A program made the position numbers and the translations under genes. A stretch of 64,000 bases of DNA from Eledone cirrhosa (lineage: Eukaryota), in assembly GCA_964016885.1 (NCBI GenBank), contig OZ024745.1, positions 122,202,001-122,266,000 of the forward strand, given 5' to 3'. The notes under the pieces are model-generated. The model was not told where the DNA came from. It did not search any database and saw only the letters and a program-made list of their open reading frames with translations. Shown piece by piece: positions 38,975-53,364 of the stretch. How positions within the stretch are numbered: the stretch's first letter is position 1; every line of letters begins with the position of its first letter.

Positions 38975-39690
38975 CAGTATGGTACAGTGTAGTTTAGTTT
39001 GGTGCAATGTAGTTTAGTGTGGTATGGTGCAGTGTAGTTTAGTATGGTTCAGTGTAGTGTAGTATGGTGCAGTGTAGTTTAGTATGGTACAGTGTAGTGT
39101 AGTATGGTACAGTGTAGTTTAGTATGGTATGGTACAGTGTAGTTTAGTATGGTACGGTGTAGTATGGTGCGGTGTAGTATGGTGCGGCGTAGTGTATATG
39201 GTGCGGTGTAGTGTAGTATGGTACAGTGTAGTGTAGTATGGTACAGTGTAGTGTAGTATAGTACAGTGTAGTGTGGCATGGTGTAGTTTAGTATGGTACG
39301 GTGTATTTTAGTATGGTACAGTGTAGTTTGGTATGATATGCTGTAGTTTAGTATGGTATGGTGTAGTATGGTATGGTGTAGTTTGGTATGGTATGGTGTA
39401 GTTTAGTATGGTACGGTGTAGTTTAGTATGGTATGGTGTAGTTTAGTATGGTATGGTGTAGTTTGGTATGGTACAGTGTAGTTTGGTATGGTACAGTGTA
39501 GTTTGGTATAGTATGGTGTAGTTTAGTATGGTATGGTGTAGTTTGGTATAGTACGGTGTAGTTTGGTATGGTACGGTGTAGTTTGGTATGGTACGGTGTA
39601 GTTTGGTATGGTACGGTGTAGTTTAGTATGGTATGGTGTAGTTTAGTATGGTATGGTGTAGTTTGGTATGGTATGGTGTAGTTTAGTATG
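38975..39690. repeat. Pentamer-based 20-bp minisatellite (TAGTT TAGTA TGGTA CAGTG variants)
   Basis: Direct reading. Confidence 0.9.
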
Positions 39691-40099
39691 TTGTGGTTTT
39701 GTTTTGACTTCATAGTCCTGTATTTAGTATAGTATATTCATTGTGGCATTCTATTTAACACAATGACAAATAATGATGAAACTGTCACATTGTCAGAAAT
39801 GCTTACAGGCCAAACTATTGTGTGAAGCAGATGCCATTTGAAAGAAGTCTTGCTATTGATCTTACATTATGAAGGAAGTTCTGTACTGGGTGTCACTTAA
39901 CTCTTTACCATTTACATTACTGTATTTTTGTGGTAAAGGCTTTCTTACATAATTATCTCACATAATATCGAATCTATGAGATTTTGATGTTATTCATTTT
40001 GAGAACAATACCTTAATATCTGTATGAGTGGCTGGTTACAGCCAGTTTTAACAGAAAAAGGTGAAAGAATTCTGGCTGGATATGGCTGGCTTATCAAAA

Positions 40100-40280
40100 C
40101 ACAGTACTAAGCTGAATGGTGAAAGAAACTTCTGGATCTCTTCCCAGCTTACCAAAACCCAGTGCTAAGCTGAAAGGTGAAAGAAACTTCTGGATCTCTT
40201 CCCAGCTTACCAAAATCCAGTGCTAAGCTGAAGAGTGAAAGAAACTTCTCGATCTCTTCCCAGCTTACCAAAATCCAGTG
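40100..40280. repeat. 58-bp tandem x3
   Basis: CAGTGCTAAGCTGAA.GGTGAAAGAAACTTCTGGATCTCTTCCCAGCTTACCAAAA repeated. Confidence 0.9.
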
Positions 40281-40479
40281 CTAAGCTGAAGGGTGAAAGC
40301 AAACATGTTTTTTTTTTTTAAATTGCATAAAACATAAATATAGAATAAAATAGAAAGCCCACCTAGATTAAAATGTGATCACAAGTGCTGTGTTTGATGA
40401 CTCCATTTGGCAGGAGACAGTATCAATAATGCTTTCATTATTCAAACAGATCATAAAACAACTATCAAAAGATCTTCCT

Positions 40480-41380
40480 CACACACACCCATACACTCAC
40501 ACCCATACACTCACACCCATACACTCACACCCATACATTCACACCTATACATTCACACCTATACACACACATCCACACACTCACACCCATATACTTACAC
40601 TCAACCCATACACTCAACCCATACACTCACACCCTCACACTCATACACTCAGACTCACACCCATACACTCGCACCCATACACTCACACCCATACACACAC
40701 CCACACCCATACACCCACACCCATACACACACCCACACCCATACACCCACACCCATACACTCACACTCTCTCACACTCACACCCTCACACTCACACCCTC
40801 ACACTCACACACGCACACCCATACACTCGCACCCATACACTCACACCCATACACACACCCATACACACACCCACACCCATACACCCATACACCCATACAC
40901 CCACACCCACACTCTCACACCCACACACTCAGACCCACACACTCACACTCATACACGCACACCCATACACTCGCACCCATACACTCACACCCATACACAC
41001 ACCCACACACCCACCCACACCCATACACCCACACCCATACACCCACACCCACACACTCACACCCACACACCCACACCCACACACCCACACCCACACACTC
41101 AGACCCACACACTCACACCCATACACTCACACAGACATGTACACTCTCTCACATACATGTGCACTCTCACACTCACTCACCTCACATACACTCACACATA
41201 CACTCACACACGTTCACTCACACCCCTCACACTCACACATACAAACACACCCCTCACATACACACACCCTCATACACACATACCCTCACACACACTCTCA
41301 CACACACTCACACACACTCTTACACACATACAGACTCACACACTCACTCACACACTCACACACTCACACACACACACACA

Positions 41381-41425
<45 letters not shown>
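40480..41425. repeat. CA-rich minisatellite (CACACCCATACACT)n grading into (CA)n
   Basis: Direct reading. Confidence 0.9.
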
Positions 41426-41426
<1 letters not shown>

Positions 41427-41781
41427 GATGAGTAACAACAATCATGAAACTACCAGCTCCATGAAACGTGTTTGTTTTCACAATTCACTGCTATTACAAA
41501 GAAGGTGGGCTATACTATTGCTGCAACATATCTGTTCACCGAGCAACAGGAAGAATCTCATCTACCGTTGCTATTTTTAGCTAATGCTGCTTTCTTAGTC
41601 GCTTTTAATAGAAATGAAGGATGTGAAAGTAAGTCTATGTTACCTCAAGGATTTCTCAATCCAGGTAGTGATAGGAAATACCATTCTTAGAGCAAAACAG
41701 TGAAAGCTGAGAGAAGGAAACGGCATAAGGAGAATAAATAAAGTAGACAGTCATACTTTTCTTTTCTGAATTATACATACA

Positions 41782-41810
<29 letters not shown>

Positions 41811-41812
<2 letters not shown>

Positions 41813-42193
41813 GGCTTAGTGGTTAGAGCATTGGGCTTGCAATTGAAAGGTTGTGAGTTCAATTCTCAGACCGGGTGATGTGTTGTTTCCTTGAGCAAGA
41901 CACTTTATTTCACATTGCTCCAGTTTACTCAGCTGTAGAAATGAGATGATAGGGACTGGGGTCCATATCATTCCACTGCAAAGTGGTCGTGGAGGTGCCA
42001 CGGCAAAAGAGCACCCATCACTCACTGGAAATGAGGTTGGTGTTAGGAAGGGCATCCAGCTGTAGAAATCAAGCCAGAATCAGTTCCCGTATAAGCAAGA
42101 CAAGGTCAGCCGACCGAACACTGCCCACAACAGGACAACCCGTCTAACCCATGCTAGCGTGGAAGAACGGACATAAAACGGTGATGATGATGA
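41811..42193 (+). mobile_element. Third copy of the composite CORE-like SINE
   Basis: Same head and body, (GAT)n tail. Confidence 0.85.
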
Positions 42194-42335
42194 TATATAT
42201 ATTTACACATACACACACACACACATGCAAGGTGTGTATATATATATCTATTTGTCTGCCTGAACACTCCCTGCTCTCTCTTTCCTTGCTAGCATGAAAA
42301 ACTCTTGTTAAATTTTGCTGATACACACACGCACG

Positions 42336-42394
<59 letters not shown>

Positions 42395-42590
42395 GGGAGG
42401 GGGTTGTGACGTCCAGTTCAAAGCCCTAAGGGGTTCATTTTGTCATTAACATAACAAGCCCGGCGAGCTTTTGATTTCTGAGTCCCGGCCAGATCGATGC
42501 AGATTGAACCTTGAGCTGATCAATCACGAAACGTGCGTCAGTACTCAATAAATGTAATGAAGACCTAACAAATCTTCCTTTATATTATTA

Positions 42591-42642
<52 letters not shown>

Positions 42643-42668
42643 TATTAGTATATATATATATATATATA

Positions 42669-43305
42669 CAGGGTGCGGACGATATTTGTTCGCAAGATTA
42701 CTGTCTAGGAAAAAATAACACAGTAGTTTTATTTTTTAAGATATATTTAACAAACTTGGGTCAGTTTGTCTTCATGGCTTGTTCTTTTGATTTCACTCGA
42801 TAAACCCGCCATTGGCTTTGATGACGGCCTCAAGGCGGCCTCGGAACAGGCTACAGGCCTTCGTCACTGTCCCCTGACTTAGGCCCCTAAAGGCACTTGT
42901 GATCCTGGCCTTCAGATCATCTTTTGTATTGCAGCTAGATCTGTTGGCGTCTCGTTCCACTGTGCCCCACACAAAGAAGTCGAGAGGGTTGCAGTCAGGC
43001 GTGCTGGGAGGCCAGATGTCAGGTGAAGTGTGGTCAACGAAGTTCTCTGACAGCCAGGCTTGGGTCTTTCGGCTGGTATGGCAGGGCGCTGAGTCTTGCT
43101 GCCACACGTACGGCCTACCTGCAGCTACCTGGTCGATCCAGGGCTTTATTACCTCGATCAGAACGTGGATGTAGCCATCGGTGTTCAGCTTGAGGCCCTC
43201 AGGGAAGAAGTGAGGTGGCATGACGTCACCTTGACTGCTGACGACACCTAAGACCAATGTAGTCACTGGATACTTTGTCTGCATGACTCTGGGCACGTCT
43301 TTGGA
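42669..43305 (-). mobile_element. maT (DD37D) Tc1/mariner element, 3-prime half
   Basis: ORF 42793-43296 WQQDSAPCH...WPPSTPDCNPLDFFVW with 37 residues between the two catalytic Ds; TA|CAGGGTG terminus; related fragment ~47700-47900. Confidence 0.85.
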
Positions 43306-43568
43306 TGAGACACCATTCTCCTGCTGACGCTGAGAAAGTCTGAAATTTCCTTATTTGTCCTCCCGGTGCGGATTCCAAGAAGAACTCTGTATCTCTTCCA
43401 CAAATTTGGAGGTTCAAAATTATTCATAATCAATTATTCTGAAAATAAATAATGGAAATATAGTCACTGTTTTTATGAAGACAAGAGTGACAACCGAAGT
43501 AAAAAAAATTTATATACGTTTCGCTTTGTTTTTGACCACAGCCGAAATATGATCTCGCTGAAATTATG

Positions 43569-43616
<48 letters not shown>

Positions 43617-44999
43617 AAAGACAAGCTGTACGATACCTGCATATGAACAGAAATGCTACATGGAAGCGAAACCTTGGCACTGTGTGCTGAGGATCTAAGT
43701 AGATTGGAAAGATATTGAAGCTGGCATGCTCTGATGGATGTGTAACAGTAGTGTACATGAACAGTGAAATATAAATGAATTGAGAACAAAACTGGGCATA
43801 GGAGTGACAAAATACTGTGTGCAGGAGAGAAGACTACACTGGTATGGACATGTAATGAAGGATGACAGCTGTATAAAAAGGTGCAAGGAGCTTGTGGCCA
43901 TAGGGTGCCTCGGAAGAGGAAGACCTAGGAAGACATGGGATGAAACGACAAAGGCTAACTTGGCACAGTTGAGCTTCTTCGTAAAAACCTAGCCAAGATA
44001 TGGTGTGGCCAACTGGTCAGACTTCCCAAATAAGTGTGACCACCCAGTCCTACTTTGTAAATGTGGTTGGTGTTAAGAAAGACATCCAGCAGCCATAAAA
44101 ATCCCAGCTAAACAGGCCCTGCTATAAGCAGGGTATGGTGTGGTCAACTGGCCAGACCTACCTCATAATGGGACCATCCAGTTCCACACTGTAAACGTGG
44201 TTGGCACTGGGAAGGACATCGAGCAGTTGTAAAAACCCACCTGAAACGTGGCCCGGTATGAGCAAAGTATGACACCGCCAACTGGCCTGACTTTGCTTAT
44301 AAGCATACCACCCAGTCCCATATTGTAAACGTGGTTGGTGGTATGATGGGTATTCTAGTAGCTGTAAAAACGGGGTCCCGTATATGCAAGGTCTGGCGCA
44401 ACCAACAGGCAAGATCTTCTCCATAACAGGAACACGTAGTTCCTCACTGTAAATATGGTAGCTGTTAGGAAGGACATCTAGCAACTGTAGCAATCGTAAG
44501 AACCCAGTCATGGCATGGTTCCTTATGAGCAAGGTAAGGTGCGGCCAATTACCCTGATTTGTCTCATAAGGGCGACCACGTAGTTCCACATTGAAAATCC
44601 TCAGCCAAAACACAGGCTAAGGGCAATGTTCGAAGCAAGCCAACTGGCCAGCTTCCAAATATGGATCTGCTTATGAGCAGGGTACAGTGTGGCCAATTGG
44701 CCTGACCTCTCTCATACTGGGACGACCCAGTTCCACACTGTCAATGTGGCTGGTGTTAGGAAGGGCATCCAGCTGTAGAAAATGGCCAAAATACAGTCCT
44801 GTTTGAGCAAGGTACAGTATGGCCAAATGGCCAGACTTGCCTCATAGGTGGACAACCCATCTGACACATGCAAGCATAGAAAAATAAGACAATAAATAGT
44901 GATGTTGATACACACACACATATACACACGCACACATAAACACACACATACTCATACACACACACATATATACATACTTACACACACACATACATATAT

Positions 45000-45380
45000 A
45001 TGAGGTGGTATCAAAAAGTTTCCAGGCTAGTTCTGTAGAATGTTAACAGAAGGCAACACGCAGTTGCGTGCACAGGGAAAGCTAGCAGTGACCTTCATGC
45101 ACTACTGTGCTGTGTGACATTGCTGTGTTCACTTCACAAATTGTAAAATTTGTGTTTTTGTGATTACGTGTATGCTGTAGCCTGCGATTGTGTCATGATC
45201 ACGAAGTTGGAACAAAGAACCAACGTGAAATTTTGTGTTCAATTTGGAAAGTCTGCTACAGAGATATTGTACATGTTTCAGCAATGAACTGTAAGCAATA
45301 TTTCGAGTGGCATGGGCACTTAGTGGAAGAATGTCCCTGGAAGATGATGAGCAATCTGGAAGACCTGCCAAGCATCATGG
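45000..45380 (+). mobile_element. Mariner 5-prime fragment
   Basis: TA|TGAGGTGGTATCAAAAAGTT TIR-like start; LEQRTNVKFCVQFGKSATE HTH remnant. Confidence 0.65.
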
Positions 45381-46104
45381 AAAAAAAAAAAATATATATA
45401 TATATATGGTGCCCCAGCATGGCCTCAGCCGGATGGCTGGAACATGTAAAAGGGTAAAAGATATATATATCATCATCATCATCATCATAATATATATGCT
45501 GTAAAGTGGTAGTTATTTGGAAGGACACTGAGCCATAGAAACCAACCCAAAAGCAAATGAGTAAGGTATGGTAACTTGACCAATGTAGTAGGGGGGTCAT
45601 GCTGCCAATAAAAACACGTGCATCTGTTGGTTTTCACTTCAATTTATTATAAATTTCCAGTTGGTTGGTTCAATAACTGGATGGTTGTTTGTATATTGTC
45701 AAAGCTCTTTCATCACACATTCTGTGACCTCTGCAATTTCGTAATATATTGAAGTTAAAACCAACAGGTGCATGTGTTTTTATTGGAAACATGACCCTCC
45801 CAAAGTATAACATCTGTTTCAACACGTTTTCAAATAAGAAATTTTGCAAAACAAATTCAAAAACAATTAACAAAGTATATCTATATATATATTCAAAATA
45901 GCTAATGCACGGGGCAAAAATAATGGAAAAAGAATAACAATAACAATATATATATATAGTTAAATGGGGTTATAGGAAAAATATTCACTATATTCTCGGT
46001 TGCACCCATTACTTACTCAATGAGACAAGATTTGAACATATAACTGTGTAATGCTGTCCAGGAGTGCTTAGAATACATTATTCGGAATAGGGGAAGTTGC
46101 ACAT

Positions 46105-46147
<43 letters not shown>

Positions 46148-47137
46148 CAAGTATTGCGCCAAGAAAAATATTAACATCGGCAAGAAAGGAAATTAGGAAT
46201 TAATTTGGTTTAACATATGTTTCTGTGTTTATTATAATTGTCTACATAAGCTGACTACAATATATACTGTTCAAACATATGCAATACTTAATTATATATA
46301 TATATATCATCATTTAATACTTTGTTTCCCTGCTAGTTTTGTACATGTTGTCTCAGACCAAGTCAGTACTTAATTGGAGCTTTACAACCAGCCACTTCAC
46401 AGATTATAATGGGTACATTTTCATCTCCAATACTAGAAATGTTGTTGTTCCCTAGACATATGTAAAGAGTTCTCTTGGCCCTTTTTGGCATGGCCTCTAC
46501 AACTATATGTCCTTCTTATCACTAACCATTTTATAGTCATATACTTTTCATCAGAGAAATTCTTAATATTCGAACAAGCTGTGTATCACATTTCCTAGCA
46601 TGTATGAATTATCTTTGGCCTGTCTGTTTATCACGTGGCTGGCTTTGTGGTTTTGTGAAATTACTGTTGCAAATCATTTGTGTTTTAAAACTCCAAGTGC
46701 CTTCATCCCTCTTCATACTTTGTACCTTGTTCATAGCTCCATGTACATCTGAATAACCAGCATGCTGTTTGTTACCTAAAATATCCATTACATTACTCTA
46801 TATATACTATTGTATTTCATGGTAAAGGCTTTACTTCACATAATTATCTCACATAATATTGAATCTATGAGATTTTGATATTATTTATTTTAAGAATAAT
46901 ACCTTAACATCAGTATGAGCGGCCAGTTACAGCCAGTTTGTACAGAAAGAGGTGAGAGAATTCTGGTCGGATATGGCCGGTTTAAATGCTAAAGGGTTAA
47001 AGTCACTAGCCATGATAATGTATTTTGTAATAGGACTTCATAGAAATAGTCCTTTTGTTCAATTGTCAGTGTTGTGGTGCATATACAGAGAATATTGTTG
47101 ATGGATTTTTAACTAAATTTTATTTCTTTCATTTTAG

Positions 47138-47231
47138 AATGTGAAGCCTGACAGCCTTCAGCGGTATCGTTCATGCCCAATCCTTGATTTACAAGATAGA
47201 TCTACTTCACCACCAGCTTCTGAAGAATCAG
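47138..47231 (+). CDS. Internal coding exon B (NVKPDSLQRYRSCPILDLQDRSTSPPASEES)
   Basis: TTTCTTTCATTTTAG acceptor, G|GTAATT donor; 94 nt, phase 0 to 1. Confidence 0.78.
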
Positions 47232-48927
47232 GTAATTTATGTATTTGTTTATACCAAATAAACCACCTCAAAAAGAAGATATATTCTGTATTTAATATGT
47301 GGCTAAACATTCATCACATGTTCATAACCATGGTTTACACAGGTTATGTTCTGAGACCAGACAGGTCAGATGGCCATATTCTACTCATACGTTTCTATTT
47401 GTCATGGGTCCTATGGCTGGATGCCCTTCCTAAAACTTGTTTGCCTAAAATTATAGCTATGTGCTTCTGACTTTTTGCTGAACATAGCTGTAAAACTGTT
47501 GATTAATATCTCTAAGCACAATAAATTCTATAAAGAAACATCCCCACTGCAAAACAACTGATTTGTTTCTTGCTTTGCAATCAGCTTTAACTCTTTCTAG
47601 ATTTTGTAATATTTCTGTTTCTTCCTTCCGATCAACTATTTCTCCATGTCTACAATTTACTTTGCTCTTTATGCATTAATAAAGTGACTGTCATATATCA
47701 CATCTCAGCACTACACTGTTCTCCTGGCAATCTTACAGTGTCCTCATGCTGTTCAACCTTTTTGTTACCTACCCATCTACCCTCCTTATAGTCAGCAGTA
47801 TTGACTCTTAAGCCCCGAGGAAAGAAGTAAAGAAGCATGACATCTCCCTTGTTGCTTATGGCTCCCAGAACTATGTGTGCACGTCTGTTGAAACCTCTGA
47901 CTCTCTGATAAAAAGTTTCTATTTTCATATTTAACCTCTTCAGTGCTGTAGATGAGATAACACTGTGGCACTGGAATACTGTATTCCAGTGCCACAGACG
48001 AGATAACTCATCCTAACATGTTTGAACTCTTTTCCAGCAGGTCATAACTTTAAACTTATGAAATCGTTTCCAACAGTTCATAACTACAAAGTTATGAAGT
48101 TGTTTCAAACAGTTCACAACTTCAAAACTAGATGGAGTTACTAGTTTATTGATGTGATATTTGTCAATCATTCAGATATGTGTTGTTAATAAATGTTTGT
48201 TTTAAAAAATAGTCATTTTACTGAAAAAAAAACCAGCACAGCAACTGTAGCTGTGTAAAATATACATGGCAGTCAACAGGTTAATGTATAACCTTCCATC
48301 ATAATTTCATACAAATGCCTTTTGTTAATATAGCTTGATTATTTTCTTAAGTCATTAAAATAAACAAGTTGTTTATTTCACTAGAAATATGGTACTGAAA
48401 GCTTTAATACAATAATTTTAAAACACCCTTAACAAAATTCATAAATATGCAGCATCTTCATGATGTACCACCGGCCATTTTGGTCTAACCTTAAAAATAT
48501 TTAATCTGTTACAAAGAATTAATTATCAAGAAGGGGTGATTCTTCTACACTAATTTGAATATCATTCTTTCAGAAATTAGCCCCAAATGCATTAGCTGTA
48601 TTTTGCCAATAATGTCTGTAATTGAGGAGTAGTTCTTAAAATCTCAATATTTTATTTTCACTCTTTTTCAATCAAAAGTTATTTAAAAAATAAAAACAAA
48701 ATATCCAATAATCTCATCAAAGTCGGCGACTTTGTCTTTCATCTTTCCAAGGTCAACTTTTTAAGTACCAGTCAAGTACTTGGATCAATATAATGAATCA
48801 CATACACATTCTCTCTCTCTGTATATATATATATATTTTATATAACCCATGCTAGTGTGGAAAATGAATGTAAAACTGTGATGATATATATATATATATA
48901 TATACATACACATATAAATATATACAT

Positions 48928-48982
<55 letters not shown>

Positions 48983-49093
48983 AATAATTATGGCTACAAC
49001 TTTGATATATATACCCTTCATGGTGGTAGTTGGTATGAATGGCTACTGTCCAACTAGTAAAAAGATAAAAGAAAAACTAATAATGAATATATG

Positions 49094-49126
<33 letters not shown>

Positions 49127-51382
49127 GTATTTATAGATGAAAAAAACATTTATTAATTATATTATATATCAGTATAAAAATATATTACTGTTATTTATGG
49201 CATTGTTCTGTCATTATTACCAACCAGCCTATAGACAAATCAGTGTAGGTCTTTTCCCTAGCCTTTTTCTGCCACTAGTAGCCATCACTATCAAAGTAAT
49301 ATTGTAAGGCTTGTTCTCTTGCCTTATTCTATTACTTATTTCTATCAAAATAGTAGTCTAGCCCTGTTCTATGGTATTCTTCTACAGTATTCTTCTATAA
49401 CCAAAACCCACTTTTCATCTGCCTTGTCATCGAAGCTGTCAATAGTAGCAACAGCAACAATATTTTCTTAATTCGTTTGTATGTAACTATATAAATCCAA
49501 CTAATTAAAAGAAATAGCATTGTTTTTTTTTTTTATTTTTATTTACCAATTAAGAAATTTAATCAAAGTGCTTACCAACATTATATCTTAACTATCCTCA
49601 AAATTCAGCTGTCACTGCGTCCACCTTCAATACCCCCTCCACCTCCAATACCCCCACCCTCACCCCCACCCCCCACCCCCAACATCAATAATACTAAAGT
49701 TGTTGTTACCACAAACACCACCAACTCTGTTATTAACATTATCTCAAATCTCGCCGAGGTTGACTTTGCCTTTCATCCTTACGCGGTCGATAAAATAAAG
49801 TACCAGTAATACACTGGGTAATTGCTGGCCTTGTGCCAAAAGTAGAAACAATTATCATCACTACCAAAATATCCATCACTATTACTTAAGTGTCACTCAC
49901 AAGATATGAACCAACACCTGTTAAATACTGTCAATCTGTCCACTATCTCCAGGGGCTCCAGGGGCTTATGTGCTCAACTTAGACTATTTTTCAGAGCAAA
50001 ATATGTGTATTGTAGCTGTTATTTCTATGTTAACTCAATTTTCTAAAATAAAAATATTATATTTTCTGTGTATAAAAATTCATGTTTGGGTTGTTCAACC
50101 AATCACAGACAGCATAATTATGTAAATTGACTAATCACAATTTGTAAATACAGAAATTTTTTTTCTTTTTCCAAAGATAAACTAATTTGAGCATTAAGTA
50201 GATTGAAATTCTTACAAAATGTAGATATTTCAAATGCAGAAAATAACTGTAACCACAATTAATTGCTATAAATAATAGCTAAGAAAATCAAATAGAATTC
50301 CCCCATAGATGGAAAGGAGGGGGTCAGCAACCACCACAAGTTCAACTTTATAGCAATCAACCATGGTTATAGATACTTTATGTATTTGAGATTTCTACAT
50401 TTACTTAAAGCTTTCTTCTTCTTTTTTTCTGTATTTTACACATTAACCCTTTTTTATTAACGCTTATAAAGGAAACTGTCCATAGTATAACACCAAATGT
50501 ATAACACCATGTACTATTCTTAAGCCTTTAGCATTTACATTACTCTATATTTACTATTGAATCTATGAGATTTTGATATTATTTATTTTGATAACATACC
50601 TTAACATCAGCATGAGTGGTCAGTTACAACCAGTTTGAACAGAAAGAGGTGAGAGAATTCTGGCCAGATATGGCTGGTTTAAATGCTAAAGGGTTAATGT
50701 GCAAGTTTTGAGATGTATATACTATTCTAAGAATTATTATGTATAGATTAAGATGTATTGCAGAGTTTGGTCTCATTATCTATTATGAAGTGATGGTCAT
50801 ATTATGCCCTCCTTTTCCATGGTGCCATTGGTCGGACAGGTCATTACAAGCCAAATCAGTACACAATCAGAGATATTGTCCTCCCAGACAATCAGTTTTC
50901 AGATCTATATAATGTTCTAAGAATTATCGTGTGTTGCATCTTCTTCTTTATCGTCCACCTATTCGTGAGAGGGCCATGGGGAGGAGGTTGGGCAGAGTCT
51001 TCAAACATATCTTCCAGTGGTTCCTATCAGAAGCAACCATCTCCAATTGATCCGGCTGGATCCCCAAGCAACACCAGCCGAGCTACTGGATGTTATCCAA
51101 CCATCTTGCTTGGAGTCTACTCTTGGGTCTCCTGCTAGTTGGTTTTGCCTGTAAAATCTGTCTAGTAATTTTATCCTGAAACATTCTAACCAGATGTCTG
51201 TAATATCAGAGCTGTGATCTCTCAATTTGTGTTGCATGGAAATTGAAATCTCAGTATATACTGTATATGCCTTATGCCTTGCCAGCTTCATCAACACCAT
51301 TGTTACTATTCTGAACACTAGTATTTATTTTAACCATTGTTATTTGTTATAGGAAGTATAGTTTCTTGTCTTTATTTTGCAG

Positions 51383-51884
51383 TTCACCACAGATCAATGC
51401 TGGACTTGGCTCCTGGGTTCGAACAGCAACCTGTCTACAGTGACGCTGTCTTCGCACAGGATCTCTCAACAAATTTATCAAATTCTGGTCTGTATCCAGT
51501 ACGCGACCCTACCTGTGGAGTGGATGGTAATGACTCCGGTGTCCGAATCTGTATCAATGGAGTCACTGTTGGTAACTCTTCCGACAACCTGGCTGCGTCC
51601 ACTGTGGCTACAACAGAAAACAAATTCTCATCTGTTTTAGGTGAATTAGTGAAGTCAACCACAGAAAATGTTTATGGCAAGGAAAGTCGTTTTGTTTCTG
51701 CTTCTGGCAGAGATAAAGACGATAATGATCCTGGCCCTGTAAGTTCGGGATACGGTGAGCATGCTGGCTCTGGAATTCACAAGGAAGTCCATGGCCATCA
51801 AAGAACTGTCTCAGAAATTCCTAGAACTCACAGGAACTTAAATTATATCAGGTCTACAATGGCTTCATCACTCAGTGGGAAAAG
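51383..51884 (+). CDS. Internal coding exon C (VHHRSMLDLAPGFEQ...GHQRTVSEIPRTHRNLNYIRSTMASSLSGK)
   Basis: TTTATTTTGCAG acceptor, AG|GTAAGT donor; 502 nt stop-free, non-repetitive, higher GC than flanks; phase 1 to 2. Confidence 0.88.
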
Positions 51885-52409
51885 GTAAGTCAATATCTGA
51901 ATCATCTAATATATATCTGTATGTACATATAAATCAGTGTGTGTGTATATATATATATATATATCATCATCATCATCATCATCATCATCACCGTTTTACG
52001 TCCGTTCTTCCTTGCTAGCATGGGTTAGACGGGTTGTCCTGTTGTGGGCAGTGTCTGGTCGGCTGACCATGCCTTGCTCATACAGGAACTGATTTGGCTT
52101 GATTTCTACAGCTGGATGCCCTTCCTAACACCAACCTCATTTACAGTGAGTGCTGGGTGCTTTTTCGTGGCGCCTACACGTCCACTTTACAGTGTGGGCT
52201 GGGTGCTTTTTTGCCGTGGCACCTCCACGACCACCTTGCGGTGGGGGGTGTGGGGGCATATTGTTTATATGCTTCAGCTTGTACCCATGGGAGGTCGGGT
52301 ACTCTGTATTACTGCGTGACGCCAGATATATATATATATACACACACACATATATATATATGTATGTACATACACACACACATATATATGTATGTATATA
52401 CACACACAC

Positions 52410-53010
52410 GCATGCTCCGCTGGATGTGTAATAGCAATATATGTGAATGGCAAAGCATAAACGAACTAAGGGAGAAATTAGGAATAAGAGGAATCAGATG
52501 CTGTTTACTCGAGAGAAGACTACGTTGGTACGGTCACGTGATGCGCATGAAAGACGACAGCTGTATAAAAAAGTGCAGGGCGATAAAAATAGACGGTAGC
52601 CACGGAGTAGGCAGACCCAGAAAAACCTGGGACGACTTGATAAATTCCGACCTCACACACTTACACCTCTCCAAGACAATGTCATTGGACCGCGATCTTT
52701 GGTGCTACACAGTAATACAGAAGACCCGCCTTACCTAAGTACAAAGCGAAACCTACAGTCAGTAGGCACCTCTAACAAAAATACACCCCTGTCCCACTAC
52801 CCCCACCCCCATCCACACCACCCCCTTCAATGTAATGTTATGTTGCTACCACAACATCCAGTCCGAAACAAATGAGGTCGTGTAGGTGTCACAACAAAAA
52901 AACACACAGTCCACGCTGTAATGTGGCTATGTAGGTAACACGGTACAAACCTCCCAGTCCACACTGTAAATGTGGTTGGTGTTAGGAAGGGCATCCAGCC
53001 GTAGAAAACC
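52410..53010 (+). mobile_element. RTE-derived composite
   Basis: MLRWMC...RRLRWYGHVMRM...GRPRKTW; highly similar to the reverse complement of 36020-36635. Confidence 0.75.
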
Positions 53011-53364
53011 CTTTTACAGCACCTTTTCTACTTAGCCATAATAAATGAATATTTAAACTCTACTTCAGTATTGAGTACTCTTTTCTCCTGTCCGTCAACT
53101 GCATACAGATATATATAGGAAAAGTATATATATATATCATCATCATCATTTTACGTCCGTTCTTCCCTGCTTGCAAGGGTGGGACGGGTCTTATTCAGCA
53201 CAGCATCTCTCCACTTGTCACGGTCCTTTATATATATATATGTGAATGTATGTATAGTATATTTGGCAATATACCGTATATTTAATTAAAAACATTTTGA
53301 AGACCTTGCGCTATCATTTTTAAAGTAGTGACTATGTCACTTACTTCTTTTTTCAGCAAAGGAA

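Noticed and set aside
51337-51888. Assigning a gene symbol (e.g. a RhoGEF or lipid-transfer protein) to the host gene
   Set aside because: No folded domain is visible in the window; short linear motifs are insufficient.
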